From Macrostomum lignano (taxonomy: Eukaryota), in NCBI GenBank assembly GCA_002269645.1, contig NIVC01001363.1, positions 62,001-126,000 of the forward strand: a stretch of 64,000 nt of DNA, in the 5' to 3' direction. Below the pieces are notes generated by a model. That model did not search any database. It was not told the origin of the DNA and saw only the letters and a program-made list of their open reading frames with translations. Shown one piece after another: positions 1 to 11,700 of the stretch. The first letter of the stretch is position 1. Each line of letters opens with the position of its first letter. Made by a program: the position numbers and the translations under genes.

Positions 1-356
1 GGATTGGCAGAGGGGCGGATTGGCAGAGGGGCGGATTGGATGAAGGGGCGGATTGGCAGAGGGGCGGATTGTCAGAGGGGCGGATTGACAGAGGGGCGGA
101 TTGGCAGAGGGGCGGATCGGCAGAGGGGCGGATTGGCAGAGGGGCCGATTGACAGAGGGGCGGATTGGCAGAGGGGCGGATCGGCAGAGGGGCGGATTGG
201 CAGAGGGGCCGATTGACAGAGGGGCGGATTGGCAGAGGGGCGGATTGACAGAGGGGCGGATTGGCAGAGGGGCGGATCGGCAGAGGGGCGGATTGGCAGA
301 GGAGCGGATTGGCAGAGGAGCGGATTGGCAGAGGGGGCGGATTGGCAGAGAGGGGC
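1..356. repeat. 16-bp minisatellite GGGGCGGATTGGCAGA (continues off the window)
   Basis: Direct inspection. Confidence 0.95.
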
Positions 357-550
357 AGATTATCAAAATCGGTGGCAGCAAACGAAAGTTCTGCCAATCT
401 GTGTGACAAGCTGCTCTGCATGTCTGAAACCTGTTGTAACTGAGACTGAACTGGTAGACAAGTTGCTAAAAATGAGGAAAAGAAAGCTAAGAGTCCACAC
501 ACGCAGCTCGTGCGGGATGTGAGCTGCTGCTTGTCAAAGCGGCTGCCCAC

Positions 551-848
551 CTGTGATTTATGGCCCCGCAACTCGCTACTGAGCGCTTTGAGTTTTGCCG
601 CAGCGCTGCCGCCATTGGCTGAGGCATAGAGATCTAGAACTAGAATTAGAACTACTGGTGAGCTAGAACTACATGTAGAACTACTAGATCTAGATTTCCT
701 TGGCTGAGGCTTTGAGTTTTGCCGCAGCGCTGCCGCCATTGGCTGAGGCCTCGAGAGCTGCGGTGGGGAATCTCGGGGAGGATCTGAGTTCACTCCACGA
801 ACCGGTTGCGTCCCTGCGCCGTCTATAAGTCTGGCGGGCCTTCCCGAG
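551..848 (-). CDS. Possible internal exon of a gene running off the left edge, containing a 124-bp duplication/insertion
   Basis: Acceptor tttttaatgtgacag|, donor CAG|gtgggc, open frame. No homology recognised. Confidence 0.3.
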
Positions 849-1061
849 CTGTCACATTAAAAATATCCCTGTGCATGTTTGCTATAAATTGTTTTAAACT
901 GCAAATCGCCGCAGAAATTGCTTAAAATCCAAAACCGGTGTGAAGAGAGGATCTGTGTAGATAAAAAATTGAGCTGAATTTAGTAACAGATTTCACAGGT
1001 GGGTCAGCGTTTGTTGCTAAGTGCAGCACTGGGGTTTTGAGGACCAAAGCAAGAGGGAAGC

Positions 1062-1718
1062 AGAGAGAGGTGGATGAGACTGAGAGAGGTGAGATGAGAC
1101 TGAGAGAGGTGAGATGAGACTGAGAGAGGTGAGATGAGACTGAGAGAGGTGAGATGAGACTGAGATAGGTGAGATGAGACTGAGAGAGGTGAGATGAGAC
1201 TGAGAGAGGTGAGATGAGACTGAGATAGGTGAGATGAGACTGAGATAGGTAAGATGAGACTGAGAGAGGTGAGATGAGACTGAGAGAGGTGAGATGAGAC
1301 TGAGATAGGTGAGATGAGACTGAGATAGGTGAGATGAGACTGAGATAGGTGAGATGAGACTGAGATAGGTGAGATGAGACGAGAGAGGTGAGATGAGACT
1401 GAGATAGGTGAGATGAGACGAGAGAGGTGAGATGAGACTGAGAGAGATGAGATGAGATGGAGATAGGTGAGATGAGACTGAGATAGGTGAGATGAGACTG
1501 AGATAGGTGAGATGAGACTGAGAGAGGTGAGATGAGACTGAGATAGGTGAGATGAGACTGAGATAGGTGAGATGAGACTGAGATAGGTGAGATGAGACGA
1601 GAGAGGTGAGATGAGACTGAGAGAGATGAGATGAGATTGAGATAGGTGAGATGAGACTGAGATAGGTGAGATGAGACTGAGATAGATGAGATGAGACTGA
1701 GAGAGGTGAGATGAGACT
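1062..1718. repeat. 20-bp minisatellite TGAGAGAGGTGAGATGAGAC
   Basis: Direct inspection. Confidence 0.95.
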
Positions 1719-2107
1719 AGGAAAAGTTAGATAAGATGAGGTTCAGAAGCGAGAGTCGGTATTAAGTGCCCAGCAAGCTGGTGCCCATTATCCAGTCAAA
1801 CCAGACCCATAAGTCGTAGAGCGAGTTATGGGACTCGCTGTCTCTGCAAGGATTCGATGTACTTTAGAGTCAAAGCTTGGCATTCATTGGCATGGGTGGT
1901 CCAGTTTGATTCTACTGTTACGGAAAGGAAAACTCAAACAGCATTCATTGAATGTGGCAGTCCCTTGGCTTGACTGGGTGAAATGATTTATGGCAGGCCA
2001 ACAGATCATTGTGACCTCAGCGGGAAGGACACAAGTCTTTGTTCTGTGGTTAAGAAAAAATTAGGTTTCCAACACGCATTTCAATCAGTATTAAACATAA
2101 GAATGTA

Positions 2108-2210
2108 AAGGAGAGGAGAGGAGAGGAGAGGAGAGGAGAGGAGAGGAGAGGAGAGGAGAGGAGAGGAGAGGAGAGGAGAGGAGAGGAGAGGAGAGGAGAG
2201 GAGAGGAGAG
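2108..2210. repeat. (GAGAG)n microsatellite
   Basis: Direct inspection. Confidence 0.95.
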
Positions 2211-2494
2211 GAAAGGATAGGATAGGAGAGGATATTTCTTAAGCCCAGTAAATACTTTGGTGGGGGAGTGAGTTGTGTAGACGGGTTTGGCGGTTGGTTT
2301 TGTCATGAAGTAGCACACATTAGCTGTTTATGCCCCAGCACTAACATTCAACATGCATTCTACTTGCAGTAGAGTCCTTGGAGATTTTGAATTAAGGAGC
2401 TTGCAGAAATCACTTTAATGCAGCCCTATCCCCCTTGGCTCGTATCCCCCTAGCCATTATCCGCCATCCGACTCAGGATCCACGTCATTATCAG

Positions 2495-2889
2495 CCCCAG
2501 TACCCGCTCCAATATCTACCCCAGTTCCCGCTCCAATATCTACCCCAGTACCCGCTCCAATATCTACCCCAGTACCCGCTCCAATATCTACCCCAGTACC
2601 CGCTCCAATATCTACCCAGTACCCGCTCCAATATCTACCCCAGTACCCGCTCCAATATCTACCCCAGTACCCGCTCCAATATCTACCCCAGTACCCGCTC
2701 CAATATCTACCCCAGTACCCGCTCCAATATCTACCCCAGTACCCGCTCCAATATCTACCCCAGTACCCGCTCCAATATCTACCCCAGTACCCGCTCCAAT
2801 ATCTACCCCAGTACCCGCTCCAATATCTACCCCAGTACCCGCTCCAATATCTACCCCAGTACCCGCTCCAATATCTACCCCAGTACCCG
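2495..2889. repeat. 24-bp minisatellite CCCCAGTACCCGCTCCAATATCTA
   Basis: Direct inspection. Confidence 0.95.
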
Positions 2890-3387
2890 CCCTAGTACCC
2901 AAATCCCTCTTCCTTGCCTCTTTCTTTTCACTATAAATGACCTGCACACTATCCGCAGATCCAAATTCCATGGTGACGTATAGGAACAGAATGAGCAACC
3001 AACTGTCGGCGCGACCGCTGACTCAACAGTTTTTTGCGAACTGGTTATTAGGAGAAGAGGTGACACAAAATCGACGTGGGTCTCCAGTCTCCCATCTCTT
3101 CCCGCAGTTGAACTTTGGTGGGTGGGATTCGATCGCTCATCTTAGGTGAAATGCAGTAGCTGAACCCCCCCCCCGAGCAACCAATCCTAGGGAGTCTCCT
3201 CATCCTTGACTTTCCTGGCTACCCCCCACCCCCAGCTCATCGCCAGGGTCCTCATCCTCCTTTCCAGTGAAGCTCAGGTTGAGTCAGAAGGCCCACTAAT
3301 TAATCCTTGCTTTCTGTGTGCCTAGCGATCGAGTGAAAGTTGACAATTATACTCGCACAGGTGATTGCAGGTGACATAGAAAAATTT

Positions 3388-4033
3388 TGAGCTCCGAGGT
3401 AAACACAAAGAGAGCTTCGAGGTAAACACAAAGCGAGCTCCGAGATAAACACAAAGCGAGCTCCGAGATAAACACAAAGCGGAGCTCCGAGGTAAACACA
3501 AAGCGGAGCTCCGAGGTAAACACAAAGCGAGCTCCGAGATAAACACAAAGCGAGCTCCGAGATAAACACAAAGCGGAGCTCCGAGGTAAACACAAAGCGG
3601 AGCTCCGAGGTAAACACAAAGCGAGCTCCGAGATAAACACAAAGCGAGCTCCGAGATAAACACAAAGCGGAGCTCCGAGGTAAACACAAAGCGAGCTCCG
3701 AGGTAAACACAAAGCGAGCTCCGAGATAAACACAAAGCGGAGCTCCGAGATAAACACAAAGCGGAGCTCCGAGGTAAACGCAAAGCGAGCTACGAGATAA
3801 ACACAAAGCGGAGCTCCGAGGTAAACACAAAGCGAGCTCCGAGGTAAACACAAAGCGAGCTCCGAGATAAACACAAAGCGAGCTCCGAGGTAAACACAAA
3901 GAGAGCTCCGTGCTAAACACAAAGCGAGCTCCGAGGTAAACACAAAGAGAGCTCCGTGCTAAACACAAAGCGAGCTCTGAGATAAACACAAAGCGAGCTC
4001 CGAGATAAACACAAAGCGAGCTCCGAGATAAAC
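3388..4033. repeat. 23/24-bp minisatellite GAGCTCCGAG(G/A)TAAACACAAAGC(G), about 28 units, with a 94-bp higher-order period
   Basis: Direct inspection; G/A variants alternate in pairs. Confidence 0.95.
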
Positions 4034-4114
4034 GCATCAAGGCCAAGAACGAGACTTAGAAAGAAAACAAAGACACAAAGAGCCGCAGGAACAAAGACGG
4101 CTCCATTCTCCAAG

Positions 4115-4837
4115 ATGGCCTGCAGGCCTACCCGAGCGTTCGCGAAGCTCCGCGCCGATTGCGTGTACCGCGAGGGCGACGGTCCTCGCCGCGACGAAGT
4201 CGGAGTCGGCAGCGGCAGCAGCGGCATCGCCGGCAGCCGCGTGCGCTGGTCGCGCGAGATTTTTCTGCCCGGCTTCGCGCCGCAGGACATCGCAGTTCGC
4301 CGGGTCGACGGGCGGTTCGCGGTCAGCGCCAAGGCCGTGTCCTCGGTTGACCCGGAGCTCGTCGCACTGATTCGTCGAAGCCTCCAACTGCCCGACGATG
4401 TCGATGAGGACAGCCTCGTCTGCTGGCTGGAGGGCGACGTTCTTGAACTGCGCGCCGGTTACAGGAGAGCGGCGGCGGCGGCGGCTGCTAGCGACGATGA
4501 CGGCGAGCCATCGGGGGCTGAAGCCATCGACGGCCGACTTGTCGGCTCCCGCTGGGTGCTCGAACTGCCTCTGCCAGCCGAGTTTCAACCGGCCGACGTG
4601 ATCGTGACAGTCGACGACGACAGCGGCAACGGCCTGACGGTGCTGGCCAGTCGGGGCCGACGAAACAGGCGAGAGTTCGAGAGGCGAGTCCGGGCACCGG
4701 CGGGGGTGTCGCTTGACCGATTGGTCTGCCGGCTGCGGCAGCCCGGCGTCCTGCGGCTGGAGGCGCCGCGCGGCCACGACGGCGAAGATGCCGGAGGCGA
4801 CGAGGAAGGCGGCGGCGGCAGATGTCGCTGCTGCTGA
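4115..4837 (+). CDS. Small heat-shock protein (HSP20 family) with two tandem alpha-crystallin domains, 240 aa, intronless
   Basis: GC-rich ORF. Domain 1 (aa ~44-115): EIFLPGFAPQDIAV...RRSLQLPDDVDEDSLVCWLEGDVLELRA. Domain 2 (aa ~146-218): LELPLPAEFQPADVIV...REFERRVRAPAGVSLDRLVCRLRQPGVLRLEAP. Both match the ACD pattern (F.P.DI.V ... LP..VD...L...L..GVL.I.AP). An upstream exon cannot be excluded. Confidence 0.85.
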   Translation: MACRPTRAFAKLRADCVYREGDGPRRDEVGVGSGSSGIAGSRVRWSREIFLPGFAPQDIAVRRVDGRFAVSAKAVSSVDPELVALIRRSLQLPDDVDEDSLVCWLEGDVLELRAGYRRAAAAAAASDDDGEPSGAEAIDGRLVGSRWVLELPLPAEFQPADVIVTVDDDSGNGLTVLASRGRRNRREFERRVRAPAGVSLDRLVCRLRQPGVLRLEAPRGHDGEDAGGDEEGGGGRCRCC

Positions 4838-4872
4838 GTCGGAGTGTCGATAGCTGCTCTGGATCAGACAAA

Positions 4873-5250
4873 AGCATGTCATTCCCCATCTGATCCCCTT
4901 GACAGCATGTCATTCCCCATCTGATCCCCTTGACAGCATGTCATTCCCCATCTGATCCTCTTGACAGCATGTCATTCCCCATCTGATCCCCTTGACAGCA
5001 TGTCATTCCCCATCTGATCCTCTTGACAGCATGTCATTCCCCGTCTGATCCCTTTGACAGCATGTCATTCCCCATCTGATCCTCTTGACAGCATGTCATT
5101 CCCTTTCTGATCCTCTTGACAGCATGTCATTCCCCATCTGATCCTCTTGACAGCATGTCATTCCCCATCTGATCCCCTTGACAGCATGTCATTCCCCATC
5201 TGATCCTCTTGACAGCATGTCATTCCCCGTCTGATCCCTTTGACAGCATG
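4873..5250. repeat. 31-bp minisatellite in the probable sHSP 3' UTR
   Basis: GACAGCATGTCATTCCCCATCTGATCCCCTT units; ATTAAA follows at 5265. Confidence 0.95.
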
Positions 5251-5264
5251 TAATTCTCCCTTTG

Positions 5265-5270
5265 ATTAAA
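5265..5270 (+). terminator. Candidate poly(A) signal (ATTAAA) of the sHSP gene
   Basis: Poly(A) hexamer found downstream of the sHSP stop, just past the 31-bp array. Confidence 0.3.
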
Positions 5271-5408
5271 CTTAACACTGAGTAGCAAATGCTGATATTT
5301 CTACTTACAAGTAGACAAAGTGGCGTATTCTAAAATATAAACATTATAAAAAACTTTATGAAAGAGAACTACCGAACCTTAGAACAACGGTATGATGATT
5401 AATAGATG

Positions 5409-5414
5409 TTTATT
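5409..5414 (-). terminator. Candidate poly(A) signal (AATAAA) of the M13-like gene
   Basis: About 210 nt after the stop codon. Confidence 0.35.
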
Positions 5415-5622
5415 GTGCTGTTCAAATCGATAATTGCGTTGAAAAAAGGTAAATTTGATTCAATATGAATGATTCAATGAATGGTAGGTACAATAATTTC
5501 GCGTACAAGTACATGTAAGGACTCACAATCACAAAAGAAGAAATCGAAGCAGAAAAAGAGAAACAAAAGAAATCGCAACAATGATTGGAGAGAATTACAA
5601 AATGACTTTTTCATCTTGTTAA

Positions 5623-5716
5623 TTAGTTATTATGAAGGCAATTTCTGACGTTCGACATTGCCGGACAATGGAATGACCGATGGAACAGTCTGCTGTGCTG
5701 CAGGGCCAAATGAACT
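5623..5716 (-). CDS. M13-like exon 15 (terminal)
   Basis: ttacag|[31 protein letters not shown]. Confidence 0.75.
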
Positions 5717-8700
5717 CTGTAATTTGTAATGATATGAGAAATTCTCAATGCTAACTCAGTCACAGAGTTCTACACTTCTACACTCGTATGGGTCACTGCT
5801 ATTCCCAGTGGGTCACTGCTATCCCCAGTGGGTCACTGCTATTCCCAGTGGGTCACTGCTATCCCCAGTGTGTCACTGCTATTCCCAGTGGGTCACTGCT
5901 ATCCCCAGTGTGTCACTGCTATTCCCAGTGGGTCACTGCTATTCCCAGTGTGTCACTGCTTTTCCCAGTGGGTCACTGCTATCCCCAGTGTGTCACTGCT
6001 ATCCCCAGTGGGTCACTGCTATCCCCAGTGGGTCACTGCTACTCCCAGTGTGTCACTGCTATCCCCAGTGTGTCACTGCTATCCCCAGTGGGTCACTGCT
6101 ATCCCCAGTGGGTCACTGCTACTCCCAGTGGGTCACTGCTACTCCCAGTGGGTCACTGCTACTCCCAGTGGGTCACTGCTATCCCCAGTGGGTCACTGCT
6201 ACTCCCAGTGGGTCATTGCTACTCCCAGTGGGTCACTGCTACTCCCAGTGGGTCACTGCTACTCCCAGTGGGTCTCTGCTATTCCCAGGGGGTCACTGCT
6301 ATTCCCAGGGGGTCACTGCTATTCCCAGTGGGTCACTGCTATTCCCAGTGGGTCACTGCTATCCCCAGTGTGTCACTGCTATTCCCAGTGGGTCACTGCT
6401 ATCCCCAGTGTGTCACTGCTATTCCCAGGGGGTCACTGCTATTCCCAGTGGGTCACTGCTATTCCCAGTGTGTCACTGCTATCCCCAGTGTGTCACTGCT
6501 ATTCCCAGGGGGTCACTGCTACGATGAGACCCTAGATTGGATCGCACACCCAGAATGAACCGGTTAAACTCACTGACCAGCAGATTAAGTACGTGGAAAT
6601 GCGAGACAAACAGGCGATTGATGCATTATTGATGCTGCCCGATTGTCCCATGTTTTAAAAACAAAGCAGAGCAGACACATATAGTATCTGTCACCGTCTG
6701 ACAGGTACCTTCCACCGTCTGACAGGTACCTTCCACCATCTGACAGGTACCTTCCACCGTCTGACAGGTACCTTATACCATCTGACAGGTACCTTCCACC
6801 GTTTGACAGGTACCTTCCACGGTCTGACAGGTACCTATCACCGTCTGACAGATACCTATCACCGTCTGACAGATACCTATCAACATCTGAAAGGTACCTT
6901 CCATCGTCTGATAGGTACATTCCATCGTCTGACAGATACCTTCCATCGTCTGACAGGTACCTTCCATCCTCTGACAGATACCTTCCATCGTCTGACAGAT
7001 ACCTTCCATCGTCTGACAGGTACCTTCCATCCTCTGACAGATACCTTCCATCGTCTGACAGGTACCTATAACCGTCTGACGGATACCTATCACCATCTGA
7101 CAGGTACCTCCTACCATCTGACAGGTACCTCTTACCGTCTGACAGGTACCTATTACCGTCTGACAGGTGCCTCCAACCGTCTGACAGGTACCTCCAACCG
7201 TCTGACAGGTACCTCCAACCGTCTGACAGGGTATATACCATTAAGTCCCATGCGACCTGGCAATCTTCTTATTTAAAAGTGGCATCAATAACATATAGAA
7301 AGATTCTTCTGTTCTTCTAAAAGCAGGCAAAACTAGCCAGATTGGCAAGCAATGGGCTCACCTGTTCCGCAGATTCAGATATTTGTGCGCCCGCAGCTCC
7401 AGCAGGGCCGGCCTCTCAACCCCGCAGTGGGCCTGACAACAATAGTTTTTTATTGGAGAATTTATTGCTTTGTTTGGCGATAAATTTTTTTATTAAACAG
7501 AAATCATTTTCGTTTGAGCAGAATTTATGAAGCTGGCTCAGTCAGCTGACTGCAGCCAGAGGGAGGCTGTGAAATTTTCCAAGTTTGGGAACTTTTCATC
7601 ACTCACACCCATCCAGCTGTACAAATATTTCTCACAGCTCGATATTGCACAGTCTGACAGACTCCTCAAACTATCTGATAGACTCCTCAAACTGTCTGAC
7701 AGGCTCCTCAAACTATCTGACAGACTCATCAAACTATCTGACAGAATCCTCAAACTATCTGACAGAGTCATCAAACTATCTGACAGACTCATCAAACTAT
7801 CTGACAGATTCCTCAAACTATCTGACAGGCTCCTCAAACTGTCTGACAGGCTCCTCAAACTATGTCACAGGCTCCTCAAACTATCTGACAGACTTTTCAA
7901 ACTATCTGACAGACTCCTCAAACTATCTGACAGAATCCTCAAACTATCTGACAGAATCCTCAAACTATCTGACAGACTCCTCAAACTATCTGACAGACTC
8001 CTCAAACTGTCTGACAGGCTCCTCAAACTATCTGACAGAATCCTCAAACTATCTGACAGAATCCTCAAACTGTCTGACAGGCTCCTCAAACTATCTGACA
8101 GAGTCATCAAACTATTTGACAGACTCCTCAAACTATCTGACAGGCTCCTCAAACTATCTGACAGACTCTCAAACTATCTGACAGAATCCTCAAACTATCT
8201 GACAGAATCCTCAAACTATCTGACAGACTCCTCAAACTGTCTGACAGGCTCCTCAAACTATCTGACAGAATCCTCAAACTATCTGACAGAATCCTCAAAC
8301 TATCTGACAGAATCCTCAAACTATCTGACAGACTCCTCAAACTATCTGACAGACTCCTCAAACTGTCTGACAGGCTCCTCAAACTATCTGACAGAATCCT
8401 CAAACTATCTGACAGAATCCTCAAACTGTCTGACAGGCTCCTCAAACTATCTGACAGAGTCATCAAACTATTTGACAGACTCCTCAAACTATCTGACAGG
8501 CTCCTCAAACTATCTGACAGACTCCTCAAACTATCTGACAGAATCCTCAAACTATCTGACAGACTCCTCAAACTATCTGACAGACTCCTCAAACGGATAC
8601 TGACAGGTACCTATTACCGTCTGACAGGTACCTAGTACCGTCTGACAGGTACCTCCCATCGTCTGACATGTACCTATTACCGTCTGACAGGTACCTATTA

Positions 8701-11700
8701 CCGTCTGACAGGTACCTATTACCGTCTGACAGGTACCTATTACCGTCTGACAGGTACCTATTACCGTCTGACAGGTACCTATTACCGTCTGACAGGTACC
8801 TATTACCTGTCCTCAAACTATCTGACAGACTCCTCAAACTATCTGACAGACTCCTCAAACTATCTGACAGACTCCTCAAACTATCTGACAGGCTCCTCAA
8901 ACTATCTGACAGACTTCTCAAACTATCTGACAGGCTCCTCAAACTATCTGACAGACTCATCAAACTATCTGACAGACTCCTCAAACTATCTGACAGGCTC
9001 CTCAAACTATCTGACAGACTCCTCAAAATATCTGACAGAGTCATCAAACTGTCTGACAGACTCCATCAAACTGCCTGACAGACTCATCAAACTATCTGAC
9101 AGACTCATCAAAGTATCTGACAGACTCATCAAAATATCTGACAGACTCTTCAAAGTATCTGACAAACTCATCAAACTATCTGACAAACTCATCAAACTAT
9201 CTGACAGACTCCATTAAAATATCTGACAGACTCATCAAACTATCTGACAGACTCCATCAAAATATCTGACAGACTCCATCAAAATATCTGACAGACTCCA
9301 TCAAAATATCTGACAGACTCATCAAACAATCTGACAGACTCATCAAACTATCTGACAAACTCCATCAAAATATCTGACAGACTCCATCAAAATATCTGAC
9401 AGACTCCATCAAAATATCTGACAGACTCAAGTTGCCCAATCTGACAGGCCAACTAGACAAAGAAAGCAATGAGAGACCAACTCACCTGAGCAAATGCTAA
9501 GAACAGGGCCTGTGTCGGTGAGTAGCCCACCGTAGGCAGGCTGAGTTGCCGCCCCGAGTCCGCCGAGTGCAGCCTGTAGGCCTCCGCTGCCACCTGCAGT
9601 CCAAGGATGGACGCGGCGGCGGAATTCACCGGGGCCCTGCGGCTATCGGTCTGACCGGGGAGCAGCTGCGGAAATGGTTGAATTGAAATGATCGAGTGAC
9701 ATTGGGTAATGGGACATTTGCATAGAGTGACATTGCATAGAGTGACATTGCATAGAGTGACATTGGAAAGAGTGACATTGGATGGAGTGACATTGGATGG
9801 AGTGACATTTGCATAGAGTGACATTGGGTAATGGGACATTTGCATAGAGTGACATTGCATAGAGTGACATTGGAAACAGTGACATTGGATGGAGGGATAT
9901 TGAATGGAGTGACATTGGATGGAGTGACATTTGCATAGAGTGACATTGCATAGAGTGACATTGGAAAGAGTGACATTGGATGGAGGGATATTGAATGGAG
10001 TGACATTGGATGGAGTGACATTTGCATAGAGTGACATTGCATAGAGTGACATTGGATAGAGGGATATTGAATGGAGTGACATTGGATGGAGTGAAATTTG
10101 CATAGAGTGACATTGCATAGAGTGACATTGCATAGAGTGACATTGGATAGAGTGACATTGGATAGAGTGACATTGGATAGAGTGACATTGGATAGAGGGA
10201 TATTGGATAGAGTGACATTGGATAGAGGGATATTGAATGGAGTGACATTGGATGGAGTGACATTAAATGGAGTGACATTGGATGAAAAAAGATTGGATGG
10301 AGTGACATTGCATGGATTGACATTGGATAGAGTGACATTGGATAGAGTGACATTGAAAATAGAGTGACATAGAATAGAGCGACATTTGATGAAGTGACGT
10401 TTGATAGAGTGACATTGAACAGAGTGAAATAACGCGGAGTCTGAGCGCACAGTATGAGCGCAATAATATTTGGTATTTATTAATTGAAATTTGCTTTACA
10501 TTTCGTGATGTGATTTCGTGTTCCGCATTCATAACTCTTCTATCTTATTAATATAATTCCTAGATGTATCGCGCGGCAAAACTCAAAGTTAATTAACTGG
10601 GCAGAGTTTCCCAGCCTAGCCAAACCTGAAGCAGCCTGTGTTTGAGACAGTTCTCATCCTCCTGAGTCAGGATTGACAACTTCTGGTCGGCTTTCAGTCC
10701 GTTGGCGTCCCAGTTTGAGCCTAAAAAGTTGTTATAATTGGGTTTTATCTCTGAATAATCAATGCAAGATAAGAAGGGAGAAAACTGAGGATGAAGGAAA
10801 AATATTGGGGTAAGAAAGAATAAAGGAGAATCAGAGGGTAGATGGGAGAATTATGGGGTGTCAGGGAGAGTCATGAGATGTCAAAGAGAATCATTGGGTG
10901 TCAGGGGAAAGTCATAGGGTGTCAGGGGAGAGTCATTGGGTGTCAGGGGAGAGTCATGGGGTGTCAGGGGAGAGTCATGGGGTGTCAGGGAGAGTCATGG
11001 GGTGTCAGGGAGAGTCATGGGGTGTCAGAGAGAGTCATGGGGTGTCAGGGAGAGTCATGGAGTGTCAGGGAGAGTCAGGGGTGTCAGGGAGAGTCTTGGG
11101 GTGTCAGAGAGAGTCATGGGGTGTCAGGGGAGAGTCATGGGGTGTCAGGGAGAGCCATGGGGTGTCAGAGAGAGTCATGGGGTGTCAGGGAGAGTCATGG
11201 GGTGTCAGAGAGAGTCATGGGCTGTCAGGGGAGAGTCATGGGGTGTCAGGGAGAATGCCATTTGCCTATATTTAACTGGGCCAAAGCGATATAATATTTT
11301 TAATTGGCCTGATGTGGCCTGGATCTCAGCTCAATTCCCAGTTAATTTAGTTCCTGAATTGGGAGCACCATGGAGAGAGAAGCTGAGACGAGACGAGATG
11401 AGCAGAGCTTAATTCACCTGTCAATCTGTCATTCAGCCCTACCTTTTCCACCCTTACAGTATATCTAGACTTAACACTAGACTTAGAGTATATATAGACT
11501 TAACACTATGCACGCATTGCTCATGCAGATCCGCTTGCTTGGAGAAAGAAATTATTATAGTTTAATTGATTAAAAAATATTTCAGTTATGCAAATCCTAA
11601 CGTTAACTTTTAAGGATCAAGAAGGGATTTTATTTTAGGGGATTGAGAAGGGATTGCACTTAAGAGGATCGGGAAGGGATTGTACTTTAGAGGATCGGGA

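Noticed and set aside
4037-4913. Antisense or alternative-frame ORFs over GC-rich exons (4037-4882, 4488-4913; also 28564-29124, 38036-38563, 23852-24478)
   Set aside because: They are shadows of real GC-rich coding sequence with no motifs of their own.
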